Source: Acidobacteriota bacterium (GTDB lineage: Bacteria > Actinomycetota > Acidimicrobiia > Spongiisociales > UBA5794). Taken from it: a stretch of DNA of 64,000 nucleotides. A program made the position numbers and the translations under genes. The notes beneath the pieces were generated by a model, which ran no database searches, had not been told where the DNA came from, and saw only the letters and a list, made by a program, of their open reading frames with translations. The DNA is taken from contig JADFQA010000007.1 in NCBI GenBank assembly GCA_022562055.1, positions 3,680 to 67,679 of the forward strand, in the 5' to 3' direction. Of the stretch, positions 1 to 9,073 are shown in pieces (position 1 is the stretch's first letter; each line of letters starts with the position of its first letter).

Positions 1-817
1 GCTGAATATTGTGAAGGGCGCTGATTCGTCTGGAGGAAACCCAAAACCACATAGCAGGCTCCAACGAGAATTCACCGGCCGAAAAGCGCGCGAGGATGGT
101 TGCCGCGGATACGGTCTTGGTCGCATTGAGGCGACTCTCGTACTCAGCGCGCAACTCTGGAGGGGTGTGGTCATCAAACGCCTGGAGTGAGGCTTCTTGT
201 CTGCCTACCAACCCGCCGAGGACAATGAGCTCGTTGGCATCGATACTACGATCCGTGAGCACCTTGGAAACGATCGCCCGCTCAAGGCTGGCCGCCTCAA
301 GAGCGGCAGTGATGTCAAGGAAACCCGTATAGATACCCGCGACTTGTGGGTCAAGACGTACCAGCGGCCATAGGCCGTCCGCTAGACCCTCGCCCATGTC
401 TTCGACGAGATCCGCATAGAAATGCAAACTGTCAGCCCAAACCGCGTCGAGGTCGACGATGCGCTCACGCATGTCGGCGAGACGCTCGAGATTCTCAAAT
501 AGATCTGAAAACGGTTGAGCGAAGAGCTCAGCCTCGTACTTGTTGTCGAATTCGCCAAGAGCGCTGCTGAAGTCGGCCAAAGCCGCGTCCGTCTCGATCC
601 ACTGAGAAAGTAGGGCCTCTCGAGCATCGGGCCCATCTGATGACGACAGGAGCGCAGCGCGTCCCAGTTCCAACTGCAACTCCGTGACCAGATGCTCAGA
701 TTTAGTCAACACGACGGTTGACGCCACAATGCTCTGCAGATCTCGCTCCCGAGAGATGCGGTTCGCCACCTCGAACCCAAGTAGGACTACCAGCGCGGTC
801 AGCGGTATCGCCACCAT
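1..817 (-). CDS. Partial CDS whose 3' end lies beyond the window start: N-terminal TM helix (VAIPLTALVVLLGF) followed by an extracytoplasmic helical sensor-like domain, possibly a NIT-type nitrate/nitrite-sensing domain of a sensor kinase
   Basis: Continuous minus-strand reading frame from ATG at 817 to the window edge, translated by hand (MVAIPLTALVVLLGFEVANRISRERDLQSIVASTVVLTKSEHLVTELQLELGRAALL...). It is absent from the ORF track because it is truncated. The domain guess is from memory only. Confidence 0.4.
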   Translation of the reverse strand, partial: MVAIPLTALVVLLGFEVANRISRERDLQSIVASTVVLTKSEHLVTELQLELGRAALLSSSDGPDAREALLSQWIETDAALADFSSALGEFDNKYEAELFAQPFSDLFENLERLADMRERIVDLDAVWADSLHFYADLVEDMGEGLADGLWPLVRLDPQVAGIYTGFLDITAALEAASLERAIVSKVLTDRSIDANELIVLGGLVGRQEASLQAFDDHTPPELRAEYESRLNATKTVSAATILARFSAGEFSLEPAMWFWVSSRRISALHNIQ

Positions 818-1076
818 TGTGACAAGCTTGGCTGCAATACCGACTCCTGTCCGCGCAGGCTCGGGTTCTGCACGCGCGGCTTTACCGTCTGTGTCAGCCC
901 CCGTGTTTGTTGTCAGAGGAGCGTGCGTGCGGTTCACGGCATTCTCAATAGGTTTCGGGGATGCGTTAACTGTCGACGCTTTACTAACTGCCTTAAGCCA
1001 TAACTGCCTTAAGCCGCACGAAGGCAAATCGTCGGAGGCACGCTAGCGTGGGAGGCGGCGACCGTGCTCGTCGTTG

Positions 1077-1175
1077 TTAGCTCGACCTTTTCGCCCTTTT
1101 GGCCTGTCGTTTCTCTTTCAACGTCCTAGCGGCAACTTTCTTGCCGCTCCTGCTGGCCTTGTCTTTGTTTGCCAT
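1077..1175 (-). CDS. Candidate small highly basic protein (32 aa, MANKDKASRSGKKVAARTLKEKRQAKRAKRSS)
   Basis: ATG preceded by GGAGGGGAGAT Shine-Dalgarno about 7 nt upstream; clean stop TAA. No homology assessed. Confidence 0.25.
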   Translation of the reverse strand: MANKDKASRSGKKVAARTLKEKRQAKRAKRSS

Positions 1176-1271
1176 CGTATCTCCCCTCCCTGCTTGGCTT
1201 GGAAAATCGTCAGACCCATAGTGGCACATGAGTGGCTTGGTTGGTCGGATCAAACGGAGATGAACCGGTCG

Positions 1272-1685
1272 TCAGGGAGTGGTAGGGATCTCAACTCCAC
1301 GATCGGCAAGAACGCTGACGATTGTTCCGATCCGCCCCTGGATTCTCGACGCGCCACCCGCCTCCAGGATCCGGGCATTCAAGGAAACCCCACCGAGGTT
1401 GCCCATCTCCCCGCCGCCACCGCCACCGCCGCCAGCTTGTGTCACAAGGTCAATTCTTTGCCCCTCAAGACCCTGCAACTGCGAGCGTAGCGCAGCGAGT
1501 TCGGTGAGGAGTCCTGCGTCCGAGCGTTGCGCGTCGAGGTCGACGGCGTATTGGGACGCCTCTTCCCTGAGCTTGTCGCGTTCCTTCAACAGCTTGTATT
1601 TTTCCGCAAACGCATCGTCGGGCAACGCAAGAAGCTCGTCGTTGACCGTTACAAGTCGGGCCACAATGTCAGAGTCGATCTCCAT
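1272..1685 (-). CDS. Hypothetical coiled-coil protein with poly-Gly (G8) linker
   Basis: 137-aa ORF. N-terminal charged coiled-coil-like segment, GGGGGGGG linker, then conserved-looking C-terminal GNLGGVSLNARILEAGGASRIQGRIGTIVSVLADRGV. Confidence 0.5.
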   Translation of the reverse strand: MEIDSDIVARLVTVNDELLALPDDAFAEKYKLLKERDKLREEASQYAVDLDAQRSDAGLLTELAALRSQLQGLEGQRIDLVTQAGGGGGGGGEMGNLGGVSLNARILEAGGASRIQGRIGTIVSVLADRGVEIPTTP

Positions 1686-1788
1686 ACTGCCAACATATCA
1701 CGACGGCGGTTTTATAGATATCGCGCAATCGTCATTCCGTCAGCGACGCTCCGTCTGCCGACAACTCGTCGCGGCCGCAAAGCGCGAT

Positions 1789-2499
1789 CTAGGTTTGGCC
1801 GTGCACCGGTATCGCAGCGCCATTGATTACTTGCGCATTTCGAGAGGCGAGAAAGTCGATCACGACCGCGATTTCAGCCGGTTTTGGCCAGTTGATGTAG
1901 TCAGCATATGGGAGGGCAGCACGGGTCGCTGCGGTGTCGATCACCGACGGTAGAACGACGTTGGCGGTGATTGCGGTGTCATCAAGTTCGACCGCCAACG
2001 TCTTTATGAGCGCAACCACTCCTGCCTTGGAAATGTTGAACGCAGCCTGGGCTGCTGGAGTGTCCAGCGCGGCACGACTGCCGATTGCGATGATCCGCCC
2101 CCACTCGGCGTCGCGCATGTACGGGATTGCTGCACGAATCGTATAGAACGCTGAACGGAGGTTGAGATCGAGCATCCGATCAAACCGCAGATTATCGGTT
2201 TCATGCACCATCCGTCCGCCGGCCCATCCGCCGACCAGCGACGCCATCACGTTGAACGGCCCAAAACGATCTGCCGCTTCGCGCATGAAATCGTCCACCG
2301 CGTCCGAATCTGATGCATCGACTCTCCGCAGCAGCAGTTGGCTTTCGTCGAGTCCCAGAGAGTCTTCGAGAGACGTTGCCTCCTCTGGTATGAGGTAGGT
2401 GACTGCGAGCTTGAAGTTTCTGCGCACGAGCAACGGGAGCAGGGTTTTTCCTAAAGCGCCGGTTCCGCCCGTGATTACTGCAACTGGTGAATCGTGCAT
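1789..2499 (-). CDS. SDR family short-chain dehydrogenase/reductase
   Basis: N-terminal TGGTGALG Rossmann motif and catalytic YxxxK-like FNISKAG; 236 aa. Confidence 0.85.
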   Translation of the reverse strand: MHDSPVAVITGGTGALGKTLLPLLVRRNFKLAVTYLIPEEATSLEDSLGLDESQLLLRRVDASDSDAVDDFMREAADRFGPFNVMASLVGGWAGGRMVHETDNLRFDRMLDLNLRSAFYTIRAAIPYMRDAEWGRIIAIGSRAALDTPAAQAAFNISKAGVVALIKTLAVELDDTAITANVVLPSVIDTAATRAALPYADYINWPKPAEIAVVIDFLASRNAQVINGAAIPVHGQT

Positions 2500-2582
2500 G
2501 GGCCTACTGTAGCTTGTATATGTTTTGCGGCTGTTTGTGGGCCCGTGCTACGGTGGCCCGATTACGGAACGACACGGAAGGT

Positions 2583-3794
2583 ATGCGCATGGCGGGAATT
2601 ACGCTTGAGGGGATTGGGAAGATCTATCCCGATGGGACACGCGCCGTCGGCAACGTGAATCTGGAAATCGTCGACGGAGAGTTTTTGGTGCTTGTCGGGC
2701 CCTCTGGTTGCGGCAAGTCGACCATTTTGCGGATGATCGCTGGTCTTGAGGAAATCACCGAAGGAAAGATGTACATCGGCGAGAACCTTGTCAACGACGT
2801 GCAGCCCAAGGATCGCGACATCGCGATGGTTTTCCAAAACTACGCCTTGTACCCACACATGTCCGTCTTTGACAACATGGCGTTCGGTCTCAAGTTGAGG
2901 AAGACGCCAAAGGACGAGGTGATCAGGAGGGTCCATGAGGCAGCAGAGATTCTTGAAATAATGGAGTTTCTTGAACGGAAGCCGAAGAACCTGTCCGGTG
3001 GTCAGCGCCAGCGCGTTGCAATGGGCCGCGCAATCGTCCGCGAGCCGAGTGCGTTCCTCATGGATGAGCCGCTCTCAAACCTTGACGCAAAGCTCCGGGT
3101 CCAGATGCGTGGTTCGCTGGCTCAGCTCCACACACAGCTCGACACAACCACGGTGTACGTGACGCACGACCAGGTGGAAGCTATGACGCTCGGCCACCGT
3201 GTTGCGGTCTTGAAGCCCGTATCCGAGAAACGGCCTGATAACCTGCAGCAAGTTGCGCCGCCAAATGAGCTGTATCACGAACCCGCTAACCTCTTCGTTG
3301 CCGGTTTCATCGGTTCGCCCGCCATGAACATGGTGTACGGCACTCTTGAGGCCGATGGCGACCGGGTGTACGCAAAGTTTGCGGGCAACAGCTTGCTAGT
3401 TGAACGGGTGGCGCTCGATCGCCATCCAGGCATCGAGAACTGGATGGGCAAGCAGATCGTTGTCGGCATGCGCCCAGGAGACTTTTCGTCAGCAGAGTTT
3501 GTTGGTGCTGACGACAGCGCAGTGATCATGGCGAACATCGATGTTGCCGAGGTTCTCGGTGCCGAAACATTCATCAAGTTCGATGTCGATACGCCGCCTG
3601 TTATCACGCTGGACATTGAGGAGCTGTTGGCTGATACCGAGGGCGATGCCGGCTCGCTTGGTGATGTCGTGACATTCACCGCCCGTGTCAACGCAGATGT
3701 CAGTGTTTCGGCGGGATCGCAAATCAAGCTGACGTTCAACACCGCAAAGCTGCATTTCTTTGATCCCGAGAGCGGTCTGCGTATAGGAACCTGA
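2583..3794 (+). CDS. MalK/UgpC/MsiK-type sugar ABC transporter ATP-binding protein; orphan with no adjacent permease or binding protein
   Basis: Walker [24 protein letters not shown] signature, Walker [11 protein letters not shown], and a C-terminal MalK-like regulatory/TOBE domain. ATG at 2583 is preceded by GGAAGG. Confidence 0.85.
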   Translation: MRMAGITLEGIGKIYPDGTRAVGNVNLEIVDGEFLVLVGPSGCGKSTILRMIAGLEEITEGKMYIGENLVNDVQPKDRDIAMVFQNYALYPHMSVFDNMAFGLKLRKTPKDEVIRRVHEAAEILEIMEFLERKPKNLSGGQRQRVAMGRAIVREPSAFLMDEPLSNLDAKLRVQMRGSLAQLHTQLDTTTVYVTHDQVEAMTLGHRVAVLKPVSEKRPDNLQQVAPPNELYHEPANLFVAGFIGSPAMNMVYGTLEADGDRVYAKFAGNSLLVERVALDRHPGIENWMGKQIVVGMRPGDFSSAEFVGADDSAVIMANIDVAEVLGAETFIKFDVDTPPVITLDIEELLADTEGDAGSLGDVVTFTARVNADVSVSAGSQIKLTFNTAKLHFFDPESGLRIGT

Positions 3795-3823
3795 CCGGCC
3801 GACTCGACAACATTCCGCAATCG

Positions 3824-3857
3824 GTGTGAGGACTCTTCGGGGTCCTCACACTTTCTT
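3824..3857 (+). terminator. Rho-independent terminator after the orphan ABC ATPase
   Basis: Perfect 10-bp stem GTGTGAGGAC / GTCCTCACAC with 8-nt loop TCTTCGGG, followed by TTTCTT. Confidence 0.75.
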
Positions 3858-4096
3858 ATGTGACGAGTCAGGGCATGATGCGTCGAACTCCTAGGCCGAG
3901 TCGATTGGCACGACGAGGCCAACTCGCCTGTTCAGGCTATGGCACCTCAGCGGGGAAGCCTTCCTTAATACCAGCGTTGGTGGCATCGACCCCCTCTCGG
4001 CGGATGGACAGCGCCGCTACGGTTTGGCGTCGCCGGCGCCATACATGTACCCCTGCCTCAACCTGGATCAAGTTGAATCGCGAGTACGCTAATACG

Positions 4097-4657
4097 ATGT
4101 TGAAACGATGGACGGCCTTGTTTTTGTTGGCACTGGGGGGCGTCTACGCCGGTCACGCTGTCGGTTACACGCTTGTCGGCCAGATCCACCTCCACAGTAC
4201 CGAACTCGCTGACCTCCACAGCTACCTGCCAGGTGTGGCCAGGCTGGCAGTGCCTCTCGCGGCGTTGGCATTCGGTTGGCTCACACTATCCGGCTCTCGT
4301 AAATCACCAAGTGTCAATCCTGGCGTAGGCATCGGCAGCTTGCTGGCACTTCAGATCGGCGTCTACGGTGTGCAGGAAGTGCTTGAGCGTGTGGTCTCAG
4401 GTCGTGGGGTCGCCGGCATTTTGGCCGAGCCCGTTGTCTGGGGTGGCTTGGTCGCCCAAGTCCTTGTGGCGGTTGGCGTGCTTGCCGCCGTGCGCTTTCT
4501 CAAGCGGGTGGCGGTGGCGGCGCTGTTGTTCTTCATCCCCCAAGGGTTGCACGCGGGGGCGCCTGCTGAGTTCTTTAATCTCATTTCACGAGTCACTCCC
4601 CGGATTCGGCAACAAGCTGAGCCTCGTTCTTTGCGCGGGCCGCCGACGATTGCCTGA
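4097..4657 (+). CDS. Hypothetical multi-pass membrane protein
   Basis: In-frame ATG at 4097 (MLKRWTALFLLALGG...) followed by several hydrophobic helices. The upstream part of the track ORF is Arg-rich and non-protein-like. Confidence 0.45.
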   Translation: MLKRWTALFLLALGGVYAGHAVGYTLVGQIHLHSTELADLHSYLPGVARLAVPLAALAFGWLTLSGSRKSPSVNPGVGIGSLLALQIGVYGVQEVLERVVSGRGVAGILAEPVVWGGLVAQVLVAVGVLAAVRFLKRVAVAALLFFIPQGLHAGAPAEFFNLISRVTPRIRQQAEPRSLRGPPTIA

Positions 4658-4738
4658 CGGCCCGCGCGGCCGTCGATTCCACTTTCACTCCAAGATCGTC
4701 ACTCGGTCTTCATCGTTGCCCGCATTGAGGAGCCGCAC

Positions 4739-5199
4739 ATGTTCAAGAACACAAGAATCCAACTCGCCACAGGGGGGCTGCGTTGGTGTTGTCCGGCGTC
4801 GGCGCGTGTGGTGGAGGTGATGCCGACGTCGCAGTACCCACCGCATCGACTGTAACGGTCCTCGCGACCGGCGCCCCGACAGCGACCACGACTAGCGCCC
4901 CGACAGCGACCACGACGACCATCCCCATTGCGGCAGGTCCGGTGGAGTTCGTGGTGTCGGTGGAGGCTGGTTCTGTTGAAGGTGGTGGGAGGATCCCGGT
5001 TGAGATGGGTACCAAGGTGCGTCTGATCGTTTCGGCCGATGTCGCCGACGAAGTGCACCTCCACGCCTACGACATCTTCGTTGACGTGACACCGGGGACG
5101 CCGGCGGTCTTGGAGTTTGTGGCCGACATCCCAGGGATCTTCGAGGTCGAGTTGGAGTTGTCAGGTCTAGTGCTCATCGAATTGGTGGTGGAGCCGTGA
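4739..5199 (+). pseudogene. Secreted lipoprotein (Thr/Pro-rich linker plus beta-rich domain) with apparent frameshift in a G6 run inside the signal peptide
   Basis: ATG at 4739 in frame 2 encodes MFKNTRIQLATGG. After the G6 run at 4772-4777, frame 1 continues AALVLSGVGACGGG... One extra G would give a canonical lipoprotein signal MFKNTRIQLATGGAALVLSGVGAC with lipobox VGAC. The track start at 4783 leaves a signal peptide too short to function. Confidence 0.45.
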
Positions 5200-6540
5200 C
5201 ACACAAACAGCGCTTGGGGGTCTTTGGGGCGCTTGTCGCTGGCTTTGTCTTGACGCCCGACGTGGCTCTCGCTCATGGTATCGGCGGCCGCGGGGACCTG
5301 CCGGTTCCGCTGGAGTTCTTCCTGGTGGGGGCAGGTCTTGTTTTAGTGTTGTCCTTGTGATCCTGACGGTGTTATGGCCTGAACCTCGTCTCCAGGGCGG
5401 CCCGCTGGAGCGACCGCTAACCGCGTCGTGGGTTAGTTCGGTGGCTTCGTTGCTCGCTTTCGTCGGCCTTGCCGGGTTGGGGCTGGTGCTGGTCACGGGG
5501 ATCTTCGGCGGTGTGCGAGGTCGCAGCAACTTAGCCCCAGTGCTGGTCTGGGTCTATTTCTGGCTAGTGATTTCGTTTCTCAGTGCTTTAGTCGGGGACT
5601 TGTGGCAGTACATCAACCCGTGGCGCAGTATCAGCCGCATCGGCGGGTTTGGCAGGAGGGAACGCCCGGAGTTGGTTGAGAAACTTGGAATGTGGCCAGC
5701 GACAGTTGGGTTCGTGGCGTTCACCTGGCTGGAGTTGGTGTGGGCGGATCCGGCGAGGCCTCGAGTGGTTGCGGGGGCAGCCGTGATCTACACCCTCTAC
5801 TTGGTGTACTCCATGGTATGGGTCGGGCGTGAGACCGCGCTCGACGCCGGTGACGCCTTCACCTCCTACAACGCGTTGGTCGGAGCGATAGGCCCGGTGG
5901 GACACGACGTTGATCGAGGTCTGGTGTGGCGGGGTTGGCTGCGACAACTCCCGGCGCTGAGAGAGCGGCCCGGGCTGACCATGTTCGTCGTGGCCATGAT
6001 TGGTACCGTCAGCTACGACGGGCTTTCAAGCACGGCCTGGTGGGGAGTGCGGCAACTTCGCAGCTTTTCGGAACCCTGGCGCTATTTAGCTCGATTGCGG
6101 TGATCGGCGCCTGCTACTGGCTCGCCTCGTGGGCGGCAGCCCGACTGGCTCCGGGAGAGAGCCTGACGGCGACCGCAGTGGCGCGCAGCTTTGCCCATAC
6201 CCTGGTCCCCATCGCGTTCGCATATGCATTCGCTCACTATTTTACATTGGTGATCTTCGAGGGGCAGATCCTCTTTTCTGCGATCAGTGATCCGTTTGGT
6301 CGCGGATGGAATCTATTCGGAACGGCCACCTGGTCGGTGAACTTCTGGTTGTCGCCGAATTCCATCTGGTATATCCAGGTAGTCGCGATCGTCGGCGGCC
6401 ATTTGGCTGCGGTGATCCTCGCACACGATCGGTCCCTGGCCATTTTTCCCCGTGAGGACGCCGCCAAGTCACAATACGCCATGCTTGCTCTGATGGTCGC
6501 CCTCACTGTGTTCGGTTTGACGCTTCTGGGGACTGTCTGA
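5197..6540 (+). pseudogene. Polytopic membrane protein gene split across three reading-frame segments (two apparent frameshifts)
   Basis: Segment 5197-5360 in frame 1 (signal-like MTHKQRLGVFGALVAGFVLTPDVALAHGIGG...). Segment 5357-6103 is in frame 2, and segment about 6040-6540 returns to frame 1. The pieces join into continuous TM helices. Shift points lie next to a T4 run (5341-5344) and a G4 run (6043-6046). Confidence 0.45.
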
Positions 6541-6722
6541 TGCTGGCCTCGCTAATGCTGGCACATCAGAGCGGGTGGGACGATATTGCCTATTTCGTGG
6601 TGCCGACGGCTCTAGCGATTCTGGCACTCCGATGGTCCGCGAAACGAGCGACGCGACAGCGTACCCACGAACAAACGAACACGCCTGACGACAACGAAAT
6701 GACGAATCGGTCCCAAGAGTGA
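6540..6722 (+). CDS. Possible small membrane protein coupled to the upstream gene
   Basis: TGATG stop/start overlap at 6537-6542; 60 aa with one hydrophobic helix (IAYFVVPTALAILAL). Confidence 0.3.
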   Translation: MLASLMLAHQSGWDDIAYFVVPTALAILALRWSAKRATRQRTHEQTNTPDDNEMTNRSQE

Positions 6723-7020
6723 TATGCCCTGGCGCTGGGTACTTGCTATGCGCTGATGATGAGAGGCCGGTTATAGTCCGTTCACATTCCGCGTTCGTCT
6801 GTTGACACCACTGGCGAATCCGCGCGTCAGTGACGATCGTTGCGAAGTGCTGACGGATGGCGCCGGCGGCGTCTGACGGCTTTCGCCTAACTGTGTCGGT
6901 GTGAGCGATGTTCGTTGCGTCGCAGCAGGGTCAATAGAGTCAGCCACGATTCTTGTTGCATCTTCATGTGCAACGAGAGCTATCTGCTCGTAGCGCGGTA
7001 GCGCGAAGTCACGAACTGAG

Positions 7021-7803
7021 TCAGGGGGTGATGCGTCGAAACGCCTCGGCGCGTTTTAGGCCAGCCTCGACTCCGGACTGGCTCGCCCATTCAGAGATAC
7101 GGGCGCCGAACGCGTGTGCGTTGGATTCCTCCGTCACGTCTCCGCCCATCGTGGTTGCGCCTTGTGAAGTGTGACAGAGCAACGCACGCACCTTGGTATC
7201 GATGGTCGCCACGATGTCCTCCCAGTGGTTCGCTTCGTCCGCAGACCAAAGGAGGATTGCCTTCGGCCGGTGCGGAGCGAGGTTTTGGTCCTTGAAGAAC
7301 AGATGGTCGCGGGCCGCAACTACACCGTCGGTCGCACCAAAACCGGTCACACGGTGGTCGGGATGAAGCTGGTACCGTTGCCAAGGATCGTGGCTGAGGA
7401 CCACTTCAGGGGTGTGGACCCGAATCTGTTCACAGATCTGGCCCCGCAGTTCCATTGAATATTCAAGTTCACCGTCGACGTACCCAAGCTGTACGGTCTC
7501 TCTAGCTCCGAGAACCTCCGCGGCGGCGCGTAGCTCGTCGCCTCGCGTCGCTACGAGCTCATCTTGATCTTGCTCGGTATCCCAGGCGCCCTTCGAACCG
7601 TCGGTCACAATTAGCATCACAACGCGGCATCCTGCTGCTGCCCATTTCGCAAGAGTTCCTCCGGCGCCGAACTCGATGTCGTCTGGGTGCGCACCGATCG
7701 CAAGCGCAGATGCGGGGGTCGGCAGGTCGACGGCGTCTGTTTGCGAGATTTGTGTTGGCGCCATGGCCAAGAGCCTATCTGATACAGCGATTGTCTGACG
7801 CAT
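7021..7803 (-). CDS. PIG-L/LmbE family N-acetylglucosaminyl deacetylase
   Basis: AHPDDIEFGAGGT zinc-binding motif and HPDH motif typical of LmbE-like deacetylases; 260 aa. Confidence 0.8.
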   Translation of the reverse strand: MRQTIAVSDRLLAMAPTQISQTDAVDLPTPASALAIGAHPDDIEFGAGGTLAKWAAAGCRVVMLIVTDGSKGAWDTEQDQDELVATRGDELRAAAEVLGARETVQLGYVDGELEYSMELRGQICEQIRVHTPEVVLSHDPWQRYQLHPDHRVTGFGATDGVVAARDHLFFKDQNLAPHRPKAILLWSADEANHWEDIVATIDTKVRALLCHTSQGATTMGGDVTEESNAHAFGARISEWASQSGVEAGLKRAEAFRRITP

Positions 7804-7806
7804 GGC

Positions 7807-8430
7807 CTAGCGGATGACGGTCTCGATCCATATGCCGTTGCGGTGGCGACGCACCGCCTCCAGGTCGATCGTGGAATCAAGGTCGATGGTGAGATTTGGT
7901 GATACGAGGACGGTAGCGAGCGGGATCTGGCGCCTATGAAGCGAGAACGAACCCAAACCATATTTGAAGTGGATGGCTTCCCGGGCGAAACCATGGACCC
8001 CGCCGAGAATGTTGGTGCCGCCGTCCCGTGAGGGCACGATAACTCCGTGCTCCGTTGCCGTGAATGCGTCTAGGCAGACGCGGGCATCGGCAGGCCGGAT
8101 CAGCGGAAGATCTGCATGGACCGCAAGCCAGCGACAACCGGCCGCGGACGCGGCAGCGCAACCAGCAGCGATGGCACCGTTGAGACCGGGTCCGAACACG
8201 TCGGGCTGTTCGGGAATGACCACACACCCGAGATGAGTCGCCCAGACCTGCACATCGCGGTCGGCGGTGACGACGACGACGTGGGCGCCCGCAGATGTAA
8301 ACGCGGCGATCGTTTTCGATGCTACCGCTTTCCCGAGGCGGCTCCGTTGGTCACTGTCGAGCACCGCGGCGAGACGTTGCTTCGCTACGCCGAAAGCTTT
8401 CACCGGCACGATCACCCACGCTTTGTTCAC
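7807..8430 (-). CDS. cofC: 2-phospho-L-lactate guanylyltransferase (F420 biosynthesis CofC/FbiD family)
   Basis: N-terminal AWVIVPVKAFGVAKQRL, central HADLPL and SRDGGTN motifs of the CofC/MobA-like family. Its start overlaps the upstream VOC gene stop by 4 nt. Confidence 0.7.
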   Translation of the reverse strand: MNKAWVIVPVKAFGVAKQRLAAVLDSDQRSRLGKAVASKTIAAFTSAGAHVVVVTADRDVQVWATHLGCVVIPEQPDVFGPGLNGAIAAGCAAASAAGCRWLAVHADLPLIRPADARVCLDAFTATEHGVIVPSRDGGTNILGGVHGFAREAIHFKYGLGSFSLHRRQIPLATVLVSPNLTIDLDSTIDLEAVRRHRNGIWIETVIR

Positions 8431-8927
8431 TGCAGGGAGAGATAGTGTTCGAAACTCAGCGACGTTTCGGTACCGTCACCGACGCCGTCTTGCCACTGTG
8501 CAAACTGGATGACGATCCCGTGTGTCGACGAAGGATGGAAGAACGTCTCGCGCCAGTCGGCGTGGTCTGTGTTGGTGCTGGCTACCACGAGACCAGCACC
8601 TACCGCAGATTCGGTGGCCGCCTCCAGGTCGAACACCTTGAACGTTATGTGGTGGAAACCCTCGCCGCGCCGTCGCAGAAACCGGTTGAGAAAGTTGTTC
8701 GCGTCGTTTGGGTTAATCGGCTCGATCATCTCGAGCTGGCCTCGCATCGGAAGATCCCATTTGGCATATTTGAACCCCGCGTCGCGCTCGATTCCTCCGC
8801 CCTTCCAGATGCCACCCATAACTTCCGCTATGAACCCCGAGTCCTCCACCGAGTGGACTCCCATCGCGATGTGGTCGAAACGCTCAATGTGGGCTTGCAG
8901 TGCGTTAGGGAACTCAATGTTGATCAT
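8427..8927 (-). CDS. VOC (glyoxalase/bleomycin-resistance/dioxygenase) family protein
   Basis: 166 aa. Paired beta-alpha-beta-beta-beta modules with HIAMGV...HHITFKV metal-binding-like residues. Confidence 0.7.
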   Translation of the reverse strand: MINIEFPNALQAHIERFDHIAMGVHSVEDSGFIAEVMGGIWKGGGIERDAGFKYAKWDLPMRGQLEMIEPINPNDANNFLNRFLRRRGEGFHHITFKVFDLEAATESAVGAGLVVASTNTDHADWRETFFHPSSTHGIVIQFAQWQDGVGDGTETSLSFEHYLSLQ

Positions 8928-9073
8928 AAGGTGATCCTACCGATAGTACGTCTTGATCGGACACCGGGCGACCGGCGCTTCCGAGTGGTGATGTCAAGTG
9001 TCATTCGCCTACTCTGCGGGTTGCTTTGGTGCCCGCTCCGATGGGCACGTTGAGATTAGGGAGTGAAGTGACA

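Noticed and set aside
3860-4096. N-terminal 79 residues of the track ORF 3860..4657
   Set aside because: Arg/Pro/Ser-rich non-protein-like sequence. The hydrophobic membrane protein begins convincingly at the internal ATG 4097.
4783-4800. TTG start of the lipoprotein ORF as given by the track
   Set aside because: It would leave a 9-residue signal peptide (MVLSGVGAC), which is too short. The upstream frame-2 ATG at 4739 plus a 1-nt shift in the G6 run gives a canonical signal, so the gene is called frameshifted.
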